Below, one piece after another: positions 36,411-45,605 of a DNA stretch of 64,000 nt. The position numbers were made by a program, and so were the translations under genes. The notes below the pieces were generated by a model, which made no database searches, had not been told where the DNA came from, and was given only the letters and a program-made list of their open reading frames with translations. Numbering within the stretch: position 1 is the first letter of the stretch; each line of letters opens with the position of its first letter. Origin of the DNA: a virus (taxonomy: Duplodnaviria > Caudoviricetes); the IMG/VR virus record IMGVR_UViG_3300032239_001501, positions 32,001 to 96,000 of that record; one strand, written 5' to 3'.

Positions 36411-37673
36411 TTAAATACATGAGAAATATGATCCTAATTGAGTACCTCCACTATTCAATTCAGTTACAGTTAAATTAAAACTATAAAATCCTGTCATATT
36501 AATTGATACAGTTCCACGAATATTATTATAAAATTGTGTGTTACTGGTAAATGACGGAGAGTCTCCATATATTACTGCGTTATATAATTGAGAACAAGCG
36601 TCAGTATAATTAGTACCTGAAAACGCCAAAAATTGGAATCTTAAGTGTGTTGGAGTAGGAGTCGGAGTATTAGAAGATGTAACGGTAGGTGTTTGTGTTG
36701 GAGTTGGAGTTTCTGTATTAGTTGGAGTATTGGTAGGAGTTTCAGTTGGCGTTTCTGTATTAGTTGGAGTATTAGTTGGAGTATTAGTTGGAGTTTCTGT
36801 GTTAGTTGGTGTTGGAGTATTAGTTGGAGTTTCTGTATTAGTTGGAGTTTGTGTTGGAGTTGAAGTTTCTGTATTAGTTGGAGTTTGTGTTGGAGTAGGT
36901 GTTTCAGTATTAGTTGGCGTTGGGGTGTTTGTTGATGTTTGAGTTACTGTAGGTGTTGGAGTTGCCAAATTAAGACATGCAAAATTATCTTTGTAAATTA
37001 CTTCTCCTGCACCTCCAGAAACAATATATAATATTGTTCCATTAGAATAATATCCGTCAGGAGCTGGAGTTGTAACACCAGCATTTGTATATAATATTTC
37101 TGTAACTTCAATAGTTGGCCCACCAGATCTTGTACCATAGAATGCCGTTTCAGTTGCAGAACAAGCTTCATTTGGAAATGTTCCATAACCTAATTGAAAT
37201 TGATAATTTATTGATGTTGGCGTTTGAGTAGGTGTAGCTGTTGGTGTTGCCGTTGATGTTGGAGTTTGAGTATTGGTTGAAGTATTAGTTGGAGTTTGAG
37301 TATTGGTTGAAGTATTAGTTGGAGTTGAAGTTTCAGTATTAGTAGGAGTATTAGTTGGTGTTGAAGTATTAGTTGGTGTTGGTGTTGAAGTTTCGGTAGG
37401 AGTTGTAGTTTGTGTTATAAATGGAGTTTCGGTAGGAGTTGGTGTTGGAGTAGAACTTGGTGTCGCAGATGGGCAAGGAACGCTTAAAATATAATTGTAA
37501 GCATATGTTGGAACATAACAATCATAACTTCCATACCAATAATCGGTAACATATGTGAATGGAAATATTTGATCACCTAAATTAATTGTTCCACCAGAAC
37601 AAGGATAAAAGGTAACATTAGCGGTTAATCCGCTTAAATTATCACTAAAAATTGATACACCGCAGTCAGACAT
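36411..37673 (-). CDS. Mucin-like Thr/Pro-repeat protein, paralogue of 35113..36279
   Basis: Two long TPTNTETPT tracts; both internal modules align by eye with those of 35113..36279. Confidence 0.85.
   Translation of the reverse strand: MSDCGVSIFSDNLSGLTANVTFYPCSGGTINLGDQIFPFTYVTDYWYGSYDCYVPTYAYNYILSVPCPSATPSSTPTPTPTETPFITQTTTPTETSTPTPTNTSTPTNTPTNTETSTPTNTSTNTQTPTNTSTNTQTPTSTATPTATPTQTPTSINYQFQLGYGTFPNEACSATETAFYGTRSGGPTIEVTEILYTNAGVTTPAPDGYYSNGTILYIVSGGAGEVIYKDNFACLNLATPTPTVTQTSTNTPTPTNTETPTPTQTPTNTETSTPTQTPTNTETPTNTPTPTNTETPTNTPTNTPTNTETPTETPTNTPTNTETPTPTQTPTVTSSNTPTPTPTHLRFQFLAFSGTNYTDACSQLYNAVIYGDSPSFTSNTQFYNNIRGTVSINMTGFYSFNLTVTELNSGGTQLGSYFSCI
36645..36965 (-). repeat. Coding tandem repeats encoding TPTNTETPT
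   Basis: Recurrent gtttctgtattagttggagt units. Confidence 0.85.
37215..37470 (-). repeat. Coding tandem repeats encoding TPTNTST/TQT
   Basis: 30-bp unit ttggagtttgagtattggttgaagtattag in tandem. Confidence 0.8.
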
Positions 37674-37699
37674 AATTATAAATACTTTATTTTTTCATT

Positions 37700-38260
37700 T
37701 TAATTACACAATCCTGTATCTAATATTTGACCATTGTAAATGTCTATTTGTATAAATGTTGCACTATCTGAGATAATATTATTAGAATTTATTGGTGGAA
37801 TTGTTAAAGATGCATCACCATAAACATAATCTCCGGCAACTAAAGATGAAAAAGATTTTTGACAATAAATTGTAACGTTTGATGGATTAGGTATATTAAC
37901 TAAATTACAAGCATCTTCAAAATATCCTGCAGTCCATATGTTATACATTAAGACCATTGTTGGTGTAACTGTTGGAGTTACATGTGGTGTAGGTGTAGGA
38001 GTTTGAGTTATAGATGTTGGAGTAATAGTTGGTGTTTGAGTTGGTGTTGGTGTTGTTGATGGACATAATCCTGCAAAGGCAATTGTTAATGGTGCTCCGC
38101 AATCTTGACCATACAAATCTTTAGCACAAACATAATGAGATTGAAGAGGGTCAATTGGCGTTACACTAACTATACCAGTACATCCTGTCCAAGCATAATA
38201 CCCTTGTTGAACGGTGTTATAGTTTGTTATTTTAAAATAGTTACAATCTGTTGTATGCAT
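37700..38260 (-). CDS. Small mucin-like Thr/Pro-linker protein with two Cys-rich modules
   Basis: PSTTPTPTQTPTITPTSITQTPTPTPHVTPTVTPT linker; the C-terminal module (DAC...VAGDYVYGDASL...GLC) is shared with the paralogues. Confidence 0.8.
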   Translation of the reverse strand: MHTTDCNYFKITNYNTVQQGYYAWTGCTGIVSVTPIDPLQSHYVCAKDLYGQDCGAPLTIAFAGLCPSTTPTPTQTPTITPTSITQTPTPTPHVTPTVTPTMVLMYNIWTAGYFEDACNLVNIPNPSNVTIYCQKSFSSLVAGDYVYGDASLTIPPINSNNIISDSATFIQIDIYNGQILDTGLCN

Positions 38261-38272
38261 TGTTTAATTATA

Positions 38273-40981
38273 TTAAATAAATCTTCCGTTATAATTTGTT
38301 AAATTATATTCTAAGCTTCTAACGTCTTGACCATCAATACAACTTGTGAATAAATTTAACGTAACCACTTGTCCTGTAGAAACTGCTCCATATGCGGCAG
38401 TAAATCCTTCATTAACAAACGTATACTCATCAGGAACCGCAACCATTGTACCCCCTTTATAGAGTTTTGCCTGGATATAAACAGGGTTAGTTCCGACATC
38501 TCCATACCAACCAGCATTTGCGTTAATTGTTATGATATTTTGACCAGGATAATCCAACTTAAATTGTATCAAATCAATTAATACAGATTCAAAACCTACT
38601 CCTGTATTATCTCCACCCCAAGTTAATATTGGATTACCTGATGTCGGCCATTGCTCAGAACAACACCATCCGATGTAGTCAGGAAGACTGTTTTGACCAA
38701 TATCAGGAATTGTAACTCTTGTTCTCGTATCTAAATCTGTTCCATCATTAAATGCGTAAGTTAATACAATATAATCAGCATCAAAAGTGAAATTACCAGG
38801 GATATATGGTATAGTTGTTGGAGTTGGTGTTGGAGTTGATGTTGGCGTTTGAGATACACCAATTGTTGGTGTATTTGTTGGTGATGGTGTTACTGTTGGT
38901 GTTGAAGTTTGGGTTGGTGTTATATTTTGAGTTGACCCAATTGTTGGGGTTGGTGTAGGTGTTTCAGAACTTGTTGGTGTTGGGGTTTCTGTATTAGTTG
39001 GTGTAATTGTTGGAGTTATACAATTATATAAATCATATCCTAAATCATTACAAGGTAGTGAAAGATATATCAAATCATTACAAGGTAACGGTAAATAATA
39101 TAAATCATTATTAGGTATTGTGATTCTACAATTTAAACAATTAGGATTTAATAAGTCATATCTATTTTGTAATATTCTAAAATTATGTGCAATTTGACCA
39201 GCATCCAATGGTTCAGTATACATTCTGAATGCACTAATATCTCCAATCATACTACCACCAAATATTTCTTCTAAATGGATATGAGTGGTTAATCCTGAAT
39301 AAATTGTATGGTCTAAATCATTAGTTGTTAAACATTCCGGATCTTGTTGATAAACTATATCATCTACAGTATCAGGACATCCTCCCGAAAAAGTTAAGTT
39401 ATCATGTAACCCTTGAGTTCCTCCACCCAATGAAATATTGTAACCAACACCAATTTGTTTTTCTTTTTCAAAATTTAAAAGTCTTGGTATTATTTCTTCA
39501 AAATTTTCTGCAACCATGAATAATTTACCGTTAACATAAATTTTCAAAGTTCCAACCCTAAATGGTTCTTCTAACAACCAATTATCATTAAAACTAACAA
39601 CTTCAGTAGTCGCTGGATCATAATCTTTTTCATGAGTTATTGGTGGTTGTATTAAACTTAAACTATTGTTGGCAGTTGTTGCGGTATATTGTTCGGACAC
39701 TATTAAACCAAGTCCTCCCTTATCCCATAAATTACATTCTCCAAACCACTCTCTTCTTCTAAATACAGCATCTATTTGAACCCAATGTTCAATATTAGCA
39801 TAAGTTGTACCTGAACAATCATCAAAAATTCCTCTTGTTGAACACCATTCATTTACTGATGTTCCTGTCACATATGTTTGACCTGTAAGACAAGTTCCTG
39901 TTGATTCACAATGACCTGTTATGGTATATGTTTTAATACATAATCTTGGACTACCTGTATCACCACTTAATCTTAAAGATAACGCATTTGAAACTTCATC
40001 ATATAATGGGTCTTTTTCAGGATATTCGGCATGTGTTGAACAACTACAAGGACATCCACAAGTACAAATTGTTGAAGTAACTCCTGACGGTTGATAAACA
40101 GGTAAACATCCATGAGATGCGGTAATGCCTGTTTGTTCACACTCACAAGTATACATACAAGTTAAACCTGAAGTAACTCTTGTATATCCAGTATCTTGTT
40201 TCGGATGACCATCTGCATAATGATAAAACTTATTTTCTGCTCTTGCTCCCATATAAAAGAACGTACCTTTATTGTTTGGGTATCTATTATTAAGACCTCC
40301 TGATGTATCTCCAGTCCATCTATATCTTAACATAAATTCTGCAGTCCAACCTAAATTAACTCTTTCAGGAAATATTTGGTAATCATAACCAGGCATTTTA
40401 TAAAATCCTTGAAAAAATCCACCGTTAAGTTTTGTAAAGTATCCTACTGGATTTCCATCAGTTGAATAAGATAGATTGTATGTATATGAATTATCATTCC
40501 ATAATCTATTTTCTATTGTTGTAAAACCAGTGATAGGGTGCATTTTCATTCTCCTATCATATTTGTATCTACTATATGTGTCAGCTGAAGTTGTATATAA
40601 ACCAGTTGTTAATTCAATTGTTTCACCTGACATTTTTTTAACAAGTCCATTATCAATTCCTGTAAGTCCGACATCACATAATTCCGTAACTATAGGACAA
40701 AAATTAGGGTCAATGTGGGTAGGGTTCCAATAATTTTCAGAAACAATTGTATCATAATCAAAAGAACAAGTTGATGTTTGGCAAACAGTTGTGGCAGAAT
40801 TATTGAAATCAAATTTAAATGGCATTCTATTTCCATCATCTTCTGCAATTAATAATGGTGAAAAAATTACTTCTTGGTCATAGTCTTTTTCATCAGATGC
40901 CAAGCAAATATCTGTTATTTCATTCACAGGGATAAGACCCAAACGCCTAAAATTATATTGATTAATGTTCTGATATGCCAT
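38273..40981 (-). CDS. Large Cys-rich LamG/concanavalin-A-like virion protein with a Thr/Pro linker and C-terminal domain
   Basis: GWTAEFML, HWVQIDAVF, GTLKIYVNG, GDISAFRMYTEPLDAGQIAHNF (LamG-like pattern); PT tract at ~38810-39020. Confidence 0.7.
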   Translation of the reverse strand: MAYQNINQYNFRRLGLIPVNEITDICLASDEKDYDQEVIFSPLLIAEDDGNRMPFKFDFNNSATTVCQTSTCSFDYDTIVSENYWNPTHIDPNFCPIVTELCDVGLTGIDNGLVKKMSGETIELTTGLYTTSADTYSRYKYDRRMKMHPITGFTTIENRLWNDNSYTYNLSYSTDGNPVGYFTKLNGGFFQGFYKMPGYDYQIFPERVNLGWTAEFMLRYRWTGDTSGGLNNRYPNNKGTFFYMGARAENKFYHYADGHPKQDTGYTRVTSGLTCMYTCECEQTGITASHGCLPVYQPSGVTSTICTCGCPCSCSTHAEYPEKDPLYDEVSNALSLRLSGDTGSPRLCIKTYTITGHCESTGTCLTGQTYVTGTSVNEWCSTRGIFDDCSGTTYANIEHWVQIDAVFRRREWFGECNLWDKGGLGLIVSEQYTATTANNSLSLIQPPITHEKDYDPATTEVVSFNDNWLLEEPFRVGTLKIYVNGKLFMVAENFEEIIPRLLNFEKEKQIGVGYNISLGGGTQGLHDNLTFSGGCPDTVDDIVYQQDPECLTTNDLDHTIYSGLTTHIHLEEIFGGSMIGDISAFRMYTEPLDAGQIAHNFRILQNRYDLLNPNCLNCRITIPNNDLYYLPLPCNDLIYLSLPCNDLGYDLYNCITPTITPTNTETPTPTSSETPTPTPTIGSTQNITPTQTSTPTVTPSPTNTPTIGVSQTPTSTPTPTPTTIPYIPGNFTFDADYIVLTYAFNDGTDLDTRTRVTIPDIGQNSLPDYIGWCCSEQWPTSGNPILTWGGDNTGVGFESVLIDLIQFKLDYPGQNIITINANAGWYGDVGTNPVYIQAKLYKGGTMVAVPDEYTFVNEGFTAAYGAVSTGQVVTLNLFTSCIDGQDVRSLEYNLTNYNGRFI

Positions 40982-40990
40982 ATGATATTG

Positions 40991-41017
40991 ATAAATACCT
41001 TATTGCCGAGTATTTAT
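40991..41017. promoter_or_regulatory. Back-to-back TATTTAT putative late-promoter motifs at the strand switch
   Basis: ATAAATA at 40991-40997 (serving the minus-strand gene) and TATTTAT at 41011-41017 (serving the plus-strand gene). Confidence 0.65.
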
Positions 41018-41034
41018 AAATTAAAAAGAAACAG

Positions 41035-41847
41035 ATGTTAACTGTAGACCAAGAATTTTATTCATCACCATATTATTTTTTCCTTAAAGATAAAGGAAAT
41101 GAGTATTCTTTATACTTATCTGCCGAGAAAACTATTACTGAAGCAAGAGATAAAGATATTATTATTAAAGTACCAAAATCAAAACTTGATGCGGTAAAAA
41201 AATATTTGGAAAAAGTTTTAAAAGGAAAAAAGAAAAAATCTACTAAAGAACTTAAAGGTGAGATTGAAGAATTAGTAAATCTTGATGGAGCATTGTCAAA
41301 TTCAAAAATTCCTATTTTGGATCCAAAACTTCACCCAAAAAAAACTATGGACCAAACCGTTGCTGCGGCAAGAATCACAAATGACCCAATTGCTCGTGGT
41401 TATAGAACATACTATGGTGAATCAATAGAAGAAGATGTAAATGAAGTGGACATGTCAGGAGCGTTTGGATATGAAGAAACTAAAGATATGGATGGTAAAG
41501 AAACATTTGATTATTTTGTAAAAAAATTGAATATGTCTCCTGAAGAAGCGGTGGAAAGAACAGAACAACAAGGTAAAGACCCTTCAGGTAAAAGAGATAA
41601 AACTAAGGAACCTGGTTCTGATATGAAACTTACTATTAGTGAAATTCAAAAACAAAAGGCAATCAAAATGGTTGAAGACCTTTTAATGAAAAATAAAAAT
41701 GGAGATAATTCTGAAGTAGGAAAAAAAGAAAAAGAAGATACTCAAGCATCTTCAATGATTAAAAGAAACATTAAATCCATTATTAAACAAGCAGAAAAAG
41801 AAGGGTTATCAAAGAAAGACATAATAAAATTGTTAGGAAGTGAATAA
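41035..41847 (+). CDS. Hypothetical charged protein, possibly head-internal
   Basis: Lys/Glu-rich intact ORF behind TATTTAT; several (I/V)xE motifs. Confidence 0.6.
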   Translation: MLTVDQEFYSSPYYFFLKDKGNEYSLYLSAEKTITEARDKDIIIKVPKSKLDAVKKYLEKVLKGKKKKSTKELKGEIEELVNLDGALSNSKIPILDPKLHPKKTMDQTVAAARITNDPIARGYRTYYGESIEEDVNEVDMSGAFGYEETKDMDGKETFDYFVKKLNMSPEEAVERTEQQGKDPSGKRDKTKEPGSDMKLTISEIQKQKAIKMVEDLLMKNKNGDNSEVGKKEKEDTQASSMIKRNIKSIIKQAEKEGLSKKDIIKLLGSE

Positions 41848-42316
41848 AGATTTATATAATAATCCAAAAGGGGAAATTGAATTCCCAAAAGATAGACAAG
41901 AACATATGAAGAAATGTTTTCATATGGTCAAAGGAGTTGACGAAAATACTGAAGGGTTTAAAAGAAATCAAGAACTTCAAACCAAAAACTTTATTGATTA
42001 TAAACAATTAAAAAGAATAAAAAATTTCTTTGATAATTTTAAAGGTAATCATAAAGAACCATCTTTTATATTAAATGGTGGAGTTGAAATGAAAAATTGG
42101 GTGGATAATATTTTAAGAAAAATGAGACAAGGATTGGATTTATCCAAAAGAAATAAGGCAGATGCTGGAATGCAAAACCAATACATAAAACCACATGAGA
42201 AAAAAGATTTTACAAATGTGAGAGCCTCTCAGAAACACCAATCAACCCTCAACAAGTATGATTCGGCAGTTACTGAATCTTTAAAAAGAATAAATGAAAT
42301 AATTTCTAAACTATAA
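41840..42316 (+). CDS. Hypothetical protein
   Basis: GTG start overlapping the previous gene end; C-terminal VTESLKRINEII. Confidence 0.6.
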   Translation: MNKDLYNNPKGEIEFPKDRQEHMKKCFHMVKGVDENTEGFKRNQELQTKNFIDYKQLKRIKNFFDNFKGNHKEPSFILNGGVEMKNWVDNILRKMRQGLDLSKRNKADAGMQNQYIKPHEKKDFTNVRASQKHQSTLNKYDSAVTESLKRINEIISKL

Positions 42317-42320
42317 AAAT

Positions 42321-42614
42321 ATGGCAAACGAAATAACCGTAGATTTAACACAAAATGAACCAAATGCATTAACAGCAATTGCAGATGTTGAAAGATCTAA
42401 ACTTATCCCAAAAAATGACTATAACCAAGTAGGTAATCCTTATTCATCAGTAAACCGTGATGCTGTTGCCGATGGAGATTCTATGGGAAGAGGTACAGGA
42501 GCTTTTTTAGATGTATATAATACAAATGCTGGCACAATCACAGATGTGATTGAAAGAAAAAGCGAAATAAAAATTAATAAATTTAATTCATCTAAACCTT
42601 ATCCTAACTTTTAA
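42321..42614 (+). CDS. Hypothetical protein
   Basis: Intact 97-aa ORF with TAATG coupling to the next gene. Confidence 0.6.
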   Translation: MANEITVDLTQNEPNALTAIADVERSKLIPKNDYNQVGNPYSSVNRDAVADGDSMGRGTGAFLDVYNTNAGTITDVIERKSEIKINKFNSSKPYPNF

Positions 42615-43024
42615 TGAAACTTCAAGAATCACTTAAAGGAATAATTAATGAAATTGCATCTTTAGATAGTATTATAAATGCAATAAAAAACAGGCACAGA
42701 GTCATAATTTATTATGATGGAGATGAGCCAGGAGGTAGAGGTATAAGAGAAATTGAACCAGTTTGCTTAGGAATAAGTAAAGCAGGAAATAAAGTTTTAA
42801 GAGCATGGGATAATGAAGGTTCATCCCATACAGCCTATATTGGAGACCAACCATTACCAAGTTGGAGATTATTTAGATTAGATAAAATATTATCTAATAA
42901 ACCAACAGGTGAGGTTTACAATGAAATAAGACCAGGTTATAATTTAAATGGCGATAAAAGCATGGTAAGTGTAATAATAAACGCCAAATTTGGTAATGAA
43001 CCTACACAACAAAATTTAGCATAG
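42614..43024 (+). CDS. Stand-alone WYL-domain protein
   Basis: AIKNRHRVIIYY...REIEPVCLG...VLRAWD...WRLFRLDKI. Confidence 0.8.
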   Translation: MKLQESLKGIINEIASLDSIINAIKNRHRVIIYYDGDEPGGRGIREIEPVCLGISKAGNKVLRAWDNEGSSHTAYIGDQPLPSWRLFRLDKILSNKPTGEVYNEIRPGYNLNGDKSMVSVIINAKFGNEPTQQNLA

Positions 43025-43025
43025 T

Positions 43026-43640
43026 ATGTCTGACTTAATGGAAAAATTAATAAAATCAAAAGCTATCATGGATAGAGCTGATACTATAAAAAATAGTAAT
43101 GCCATGAACGGAGGGTTACCTCCAACATCACTTCAACAATTTGATGTTCCAAATGCAAAATATAATATTCCTCAAGAATTCTTGCAAGAACAACCATCTC
43201 AACAAACTCAACCATACTTATCTCAAATGCCAAGAGAAAATACAAAGCCTGTTGGAATTCCAAGTGTAGATGCAATTAAAAATTCAAAATTACCTGATGA
43301 GATTAAAAAATTGATGATGGAGAACCCAATTGCACAACCATTACAACAAAATGTTACAATTTCAGATGACTTAATAGAAAGAGCCTCAAGATTAATGAAA
43401 GAACAAAGCGGATATGTTCCAGAATCCGCAAAACCAAAAACGGCTCAAACACAACCATCATCTACATCTCAAGTAGATTATAAGTTAATTAAAAAAATGA
43501 TTTCAGAAGCAATCAATGAAGCATTAACTGAAAATGGACTTATGGTTGAAAGTACTGAAAAATCTAATGAAATGTTTACGTTTAGAGTAGGTAAACATAT
43601 TTTTGAAGGAAAAGTAACTAAAATTAAAAAAGTTTCTTAA
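43026..43640 (+). CDS. Hypothetical protein
   Basis: Intact ORF with a Gln/Pro-rich middle, SKLPDEIKKLM and C-terminal RVGKHIFEGKV. Confidence 0.6.
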   Translation: MSDLMEKLIKSKAIMDRADTIKNSNAMNGGLPPTSLQQFDVPNAKYNIPQEFLQEQPSQQTQPYLSQMPRENTKPVGIPSVDAIKNSKLPDEIKKLMMENPIAQPLQQNVTISDDLIERASRLMKEQSGYVPESAKPKTAQTQPSSTSQVDYKLIKKMISEAINEALTENGLMVESTEKSNEMFTFRVGKHIFEGKVTKIKKVS

Positions 43641-43695
43641 CCGCTTTTCTTATTTGATATAAAGTATTATATTTTTGAAAAATATATTATAACTA

Positions 43696-44907
43696 ATGTC
43701 AAAAATTAAAGTACTTGTAATCCCATCCGATAGAACTGGAGTGGGTAAATTTAGGTCAGTTGACCCCCACATCTTTTTACAAAAATTATACCCAAACGAT
43801 TTTCATGTTGATATCATTTATGATGTCCCTATGACTGATATGAATTTTTGGAAAGAATACCAAATAGTGGCATTTCATAGAAGTATAAATCCTGATTTTG
43901 AATCCTCATATAGTTTAATTCAAAAACTTAATGAAATGGGTATCATAACAATAGATGATATTGATGACTATTGGTTACCAACAAAAGAACATCCAATATA
44001 TGATGTTATTAAATTTAATAAGATTAACGAAAAAATTACCAATAATCTTAGAGTTGCAAAATATGTAACAACAACTACAACATTATTTGCTGATGAAATA
44101 ATGAAATTAAATAAAAATGTTGTTATTTTTCCAAATGCAATTGATCCAAATGAATCTCAATTTAAAGAACCAACACTTGAATCAGATAGATTAAGAGTTG
44201 GATGGTTAGGTGGTTCTTCACATCTTCACGATTTACAATTATTAGACCAATCATTTAGTAAGTTAACTTCATTAAAAGATAAATTACAGTATGTTATATG
44301 TGGATTTGACACTAGAGGTTCTGTAACTGAAATAAATGCAGAAACTGGAGAACATAAAAAAAGAGATATTTTACCTCATGAAACTGTATGGGCTCAATAT
44401 GAAAAAATATTTACCCAAAACTATACTACAGTTACAGAAGATTATAAAAAATATTTGAATAGTTTTATAAATGAAAGTTATCCAAATGAAATGAATGAAC
44501 CATACCTAAGAGTATGGACAAGACCTGTTCAATCTTATGCCAAAAATTATTCAAAATTTGATATATCTTTAGCACCAATTAAAAATCATATCTTTAATAG
44601 AATGAAATCTCAGCTTAAAGTTATTGAAGCAGGGTTTTATAAAAAAGCAATTATTGCGTCTAATTTAGGACCTTATACTATTGATTTAAAACATTGTTTG
44701 GAACATGGTAACTTTGTTGATGGAAATGCATTATTAGTTGATGAAAATAGAAATCACTCCGATTGGGCTAAATTCATTGAAAAGTTAGTTAAGAATCCAA
44801 ACATGGTAAAAGATATGGGAGAAAGACTTTATGAAACAGTTAAAGACAAATATGACTTAAACGTAGTAACAAAAGCAAGAGCAGAATTTTATAAATCACT
44901 AGTATGA
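43696..44907 (+). CDS. GT-B (GT4-like) glycosyltransferase
   Basis: GVGKFRS..P, DDIDDYW, FPNAID, VGWLGGSSH, DISLAP...FNRMKSQLKVIEAG. Confidence 0.85.
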   Translation: MSKIKVLVIPSDRTGVGKFRSVDPHIFLQKLYPNDFHVDIIYDVPMTDMNFWKEYQIVAFHRSINPDFESSYSLIQKLNEMGIITIDDIDDYWLPTKEHPIYDVIKFNKINEKITNNLRVAKYVTTTTTLFADEIMKLNKNVVIFPNAIDPNESQFKEPTLESDRLRVGWLGGSSHLHDLQLLDQSFSKLTSLKDKLQYVICGFDTRGSVTEINAETGEHKKRDILPHETVWAQYEKIFTQNYTTVTEDYKKYLNSFINESYPNEMNEPYLRVWTRPVQSYAKNYSKFDISLAPIKNHIFNRMKSQLKVIEAGFYKKAIIASNLGPYTIDLKHCLEHGNFVDGNALLVDENRNHSDWAKFIEKLVKNPNMVKDMGERLYETVKDKYDLNVVTKARAEFYKSLV

Positions 44908-45605
44908 TAACAGTACCAATAACCAAAATACTTTTTTTAGATATTGAAACAGTTGGATGTGAATCTGATTGGGATTCTTTTAAAAAAAAGAAACCAGAAT
45001 TATCGTTTCAATTTGAACACATTCAAGACAACCTTAGAAAAAGATTTCCTGAGGAATCTGATACTCCTATTGATAAGTTATTTGTTAATAGAGCAGCATT
45101 AGTTCCTGAATTTTTAAAGATAGTTTGTGTTAGTGTTGCATTTGTTTTAGATGATGGAAGTGTTAAAATTCAATCTTTTCATAGTGAAGATGAATCAAAA
45201 TTACTTAAAGATGTTCAAAAATTGTTAAATCGTACTGGTGATTTAGGATTTTTCTTATGTGGTCATAATGTTAAAGGATTTGATATTCCTACATTGGCTA
45301 AACGTATGATGATACATGGATTGAAACCACCAAAACTATTACCAAGTTATGATACAAAGCCTTGGGAAATTAAAGCAATTGACACCAAAGATATTTGGCA
45401 ATATGGTGGATATGGTCAATTTGCATCTCTTGAGTTAATGTGTGTTTGTATGGGGGTTGAATCGTCTAAAAATACTGAAGTAACAGGAAATAGAGTGCAT
45501 GAAGCATATTGGACAGATAAAAATATTGATGGTATTGTAAAATACTGTGAAAAAGATGTTATAGTTTTAATAGATTTAATAAAAAAATTAATAAAATTAC
45601 AATGA
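44904..45605 (+). CDS. DEDD 3'-5' exonuclease (PolB exonuclease-like, stand-alone)
   Basis: FLDIET, GHNVKGFDIP, YCEKDV. Confidence 0.85.
   Translation: MITVPITKILFLDIETVGCESDWDSFKKKKPELSFQFEHIQDNLRKRFPEESDTPIDKLFVNRAALVPEFLKIVCVSVAFVLDDGSVKIQSFHSEDESKLLKDVQKLLNRTGDLGFFLCGHNVKGFDIPTLAKRMMIHGLKPPKLLPSYDTKPWEIKAIDTKDIWQYGGYGQFASLELMCVCMGVESSKNTEVTGNRVHEAYWTDKNIDGIVKYCEKDVIVLIDLIKKLIKLQ

Noticed and set aside
35826-37494. Tandem DNA repeats as a CRISPR array; plus-strand VGV/SWS-rich ORFs as genes
   Set aside because: Units are multiples of 3 with no unique spacers and encode Thr/Pro tracts on the minus strand; the plus-strand ORFs are antisense shadows. No cas genes.
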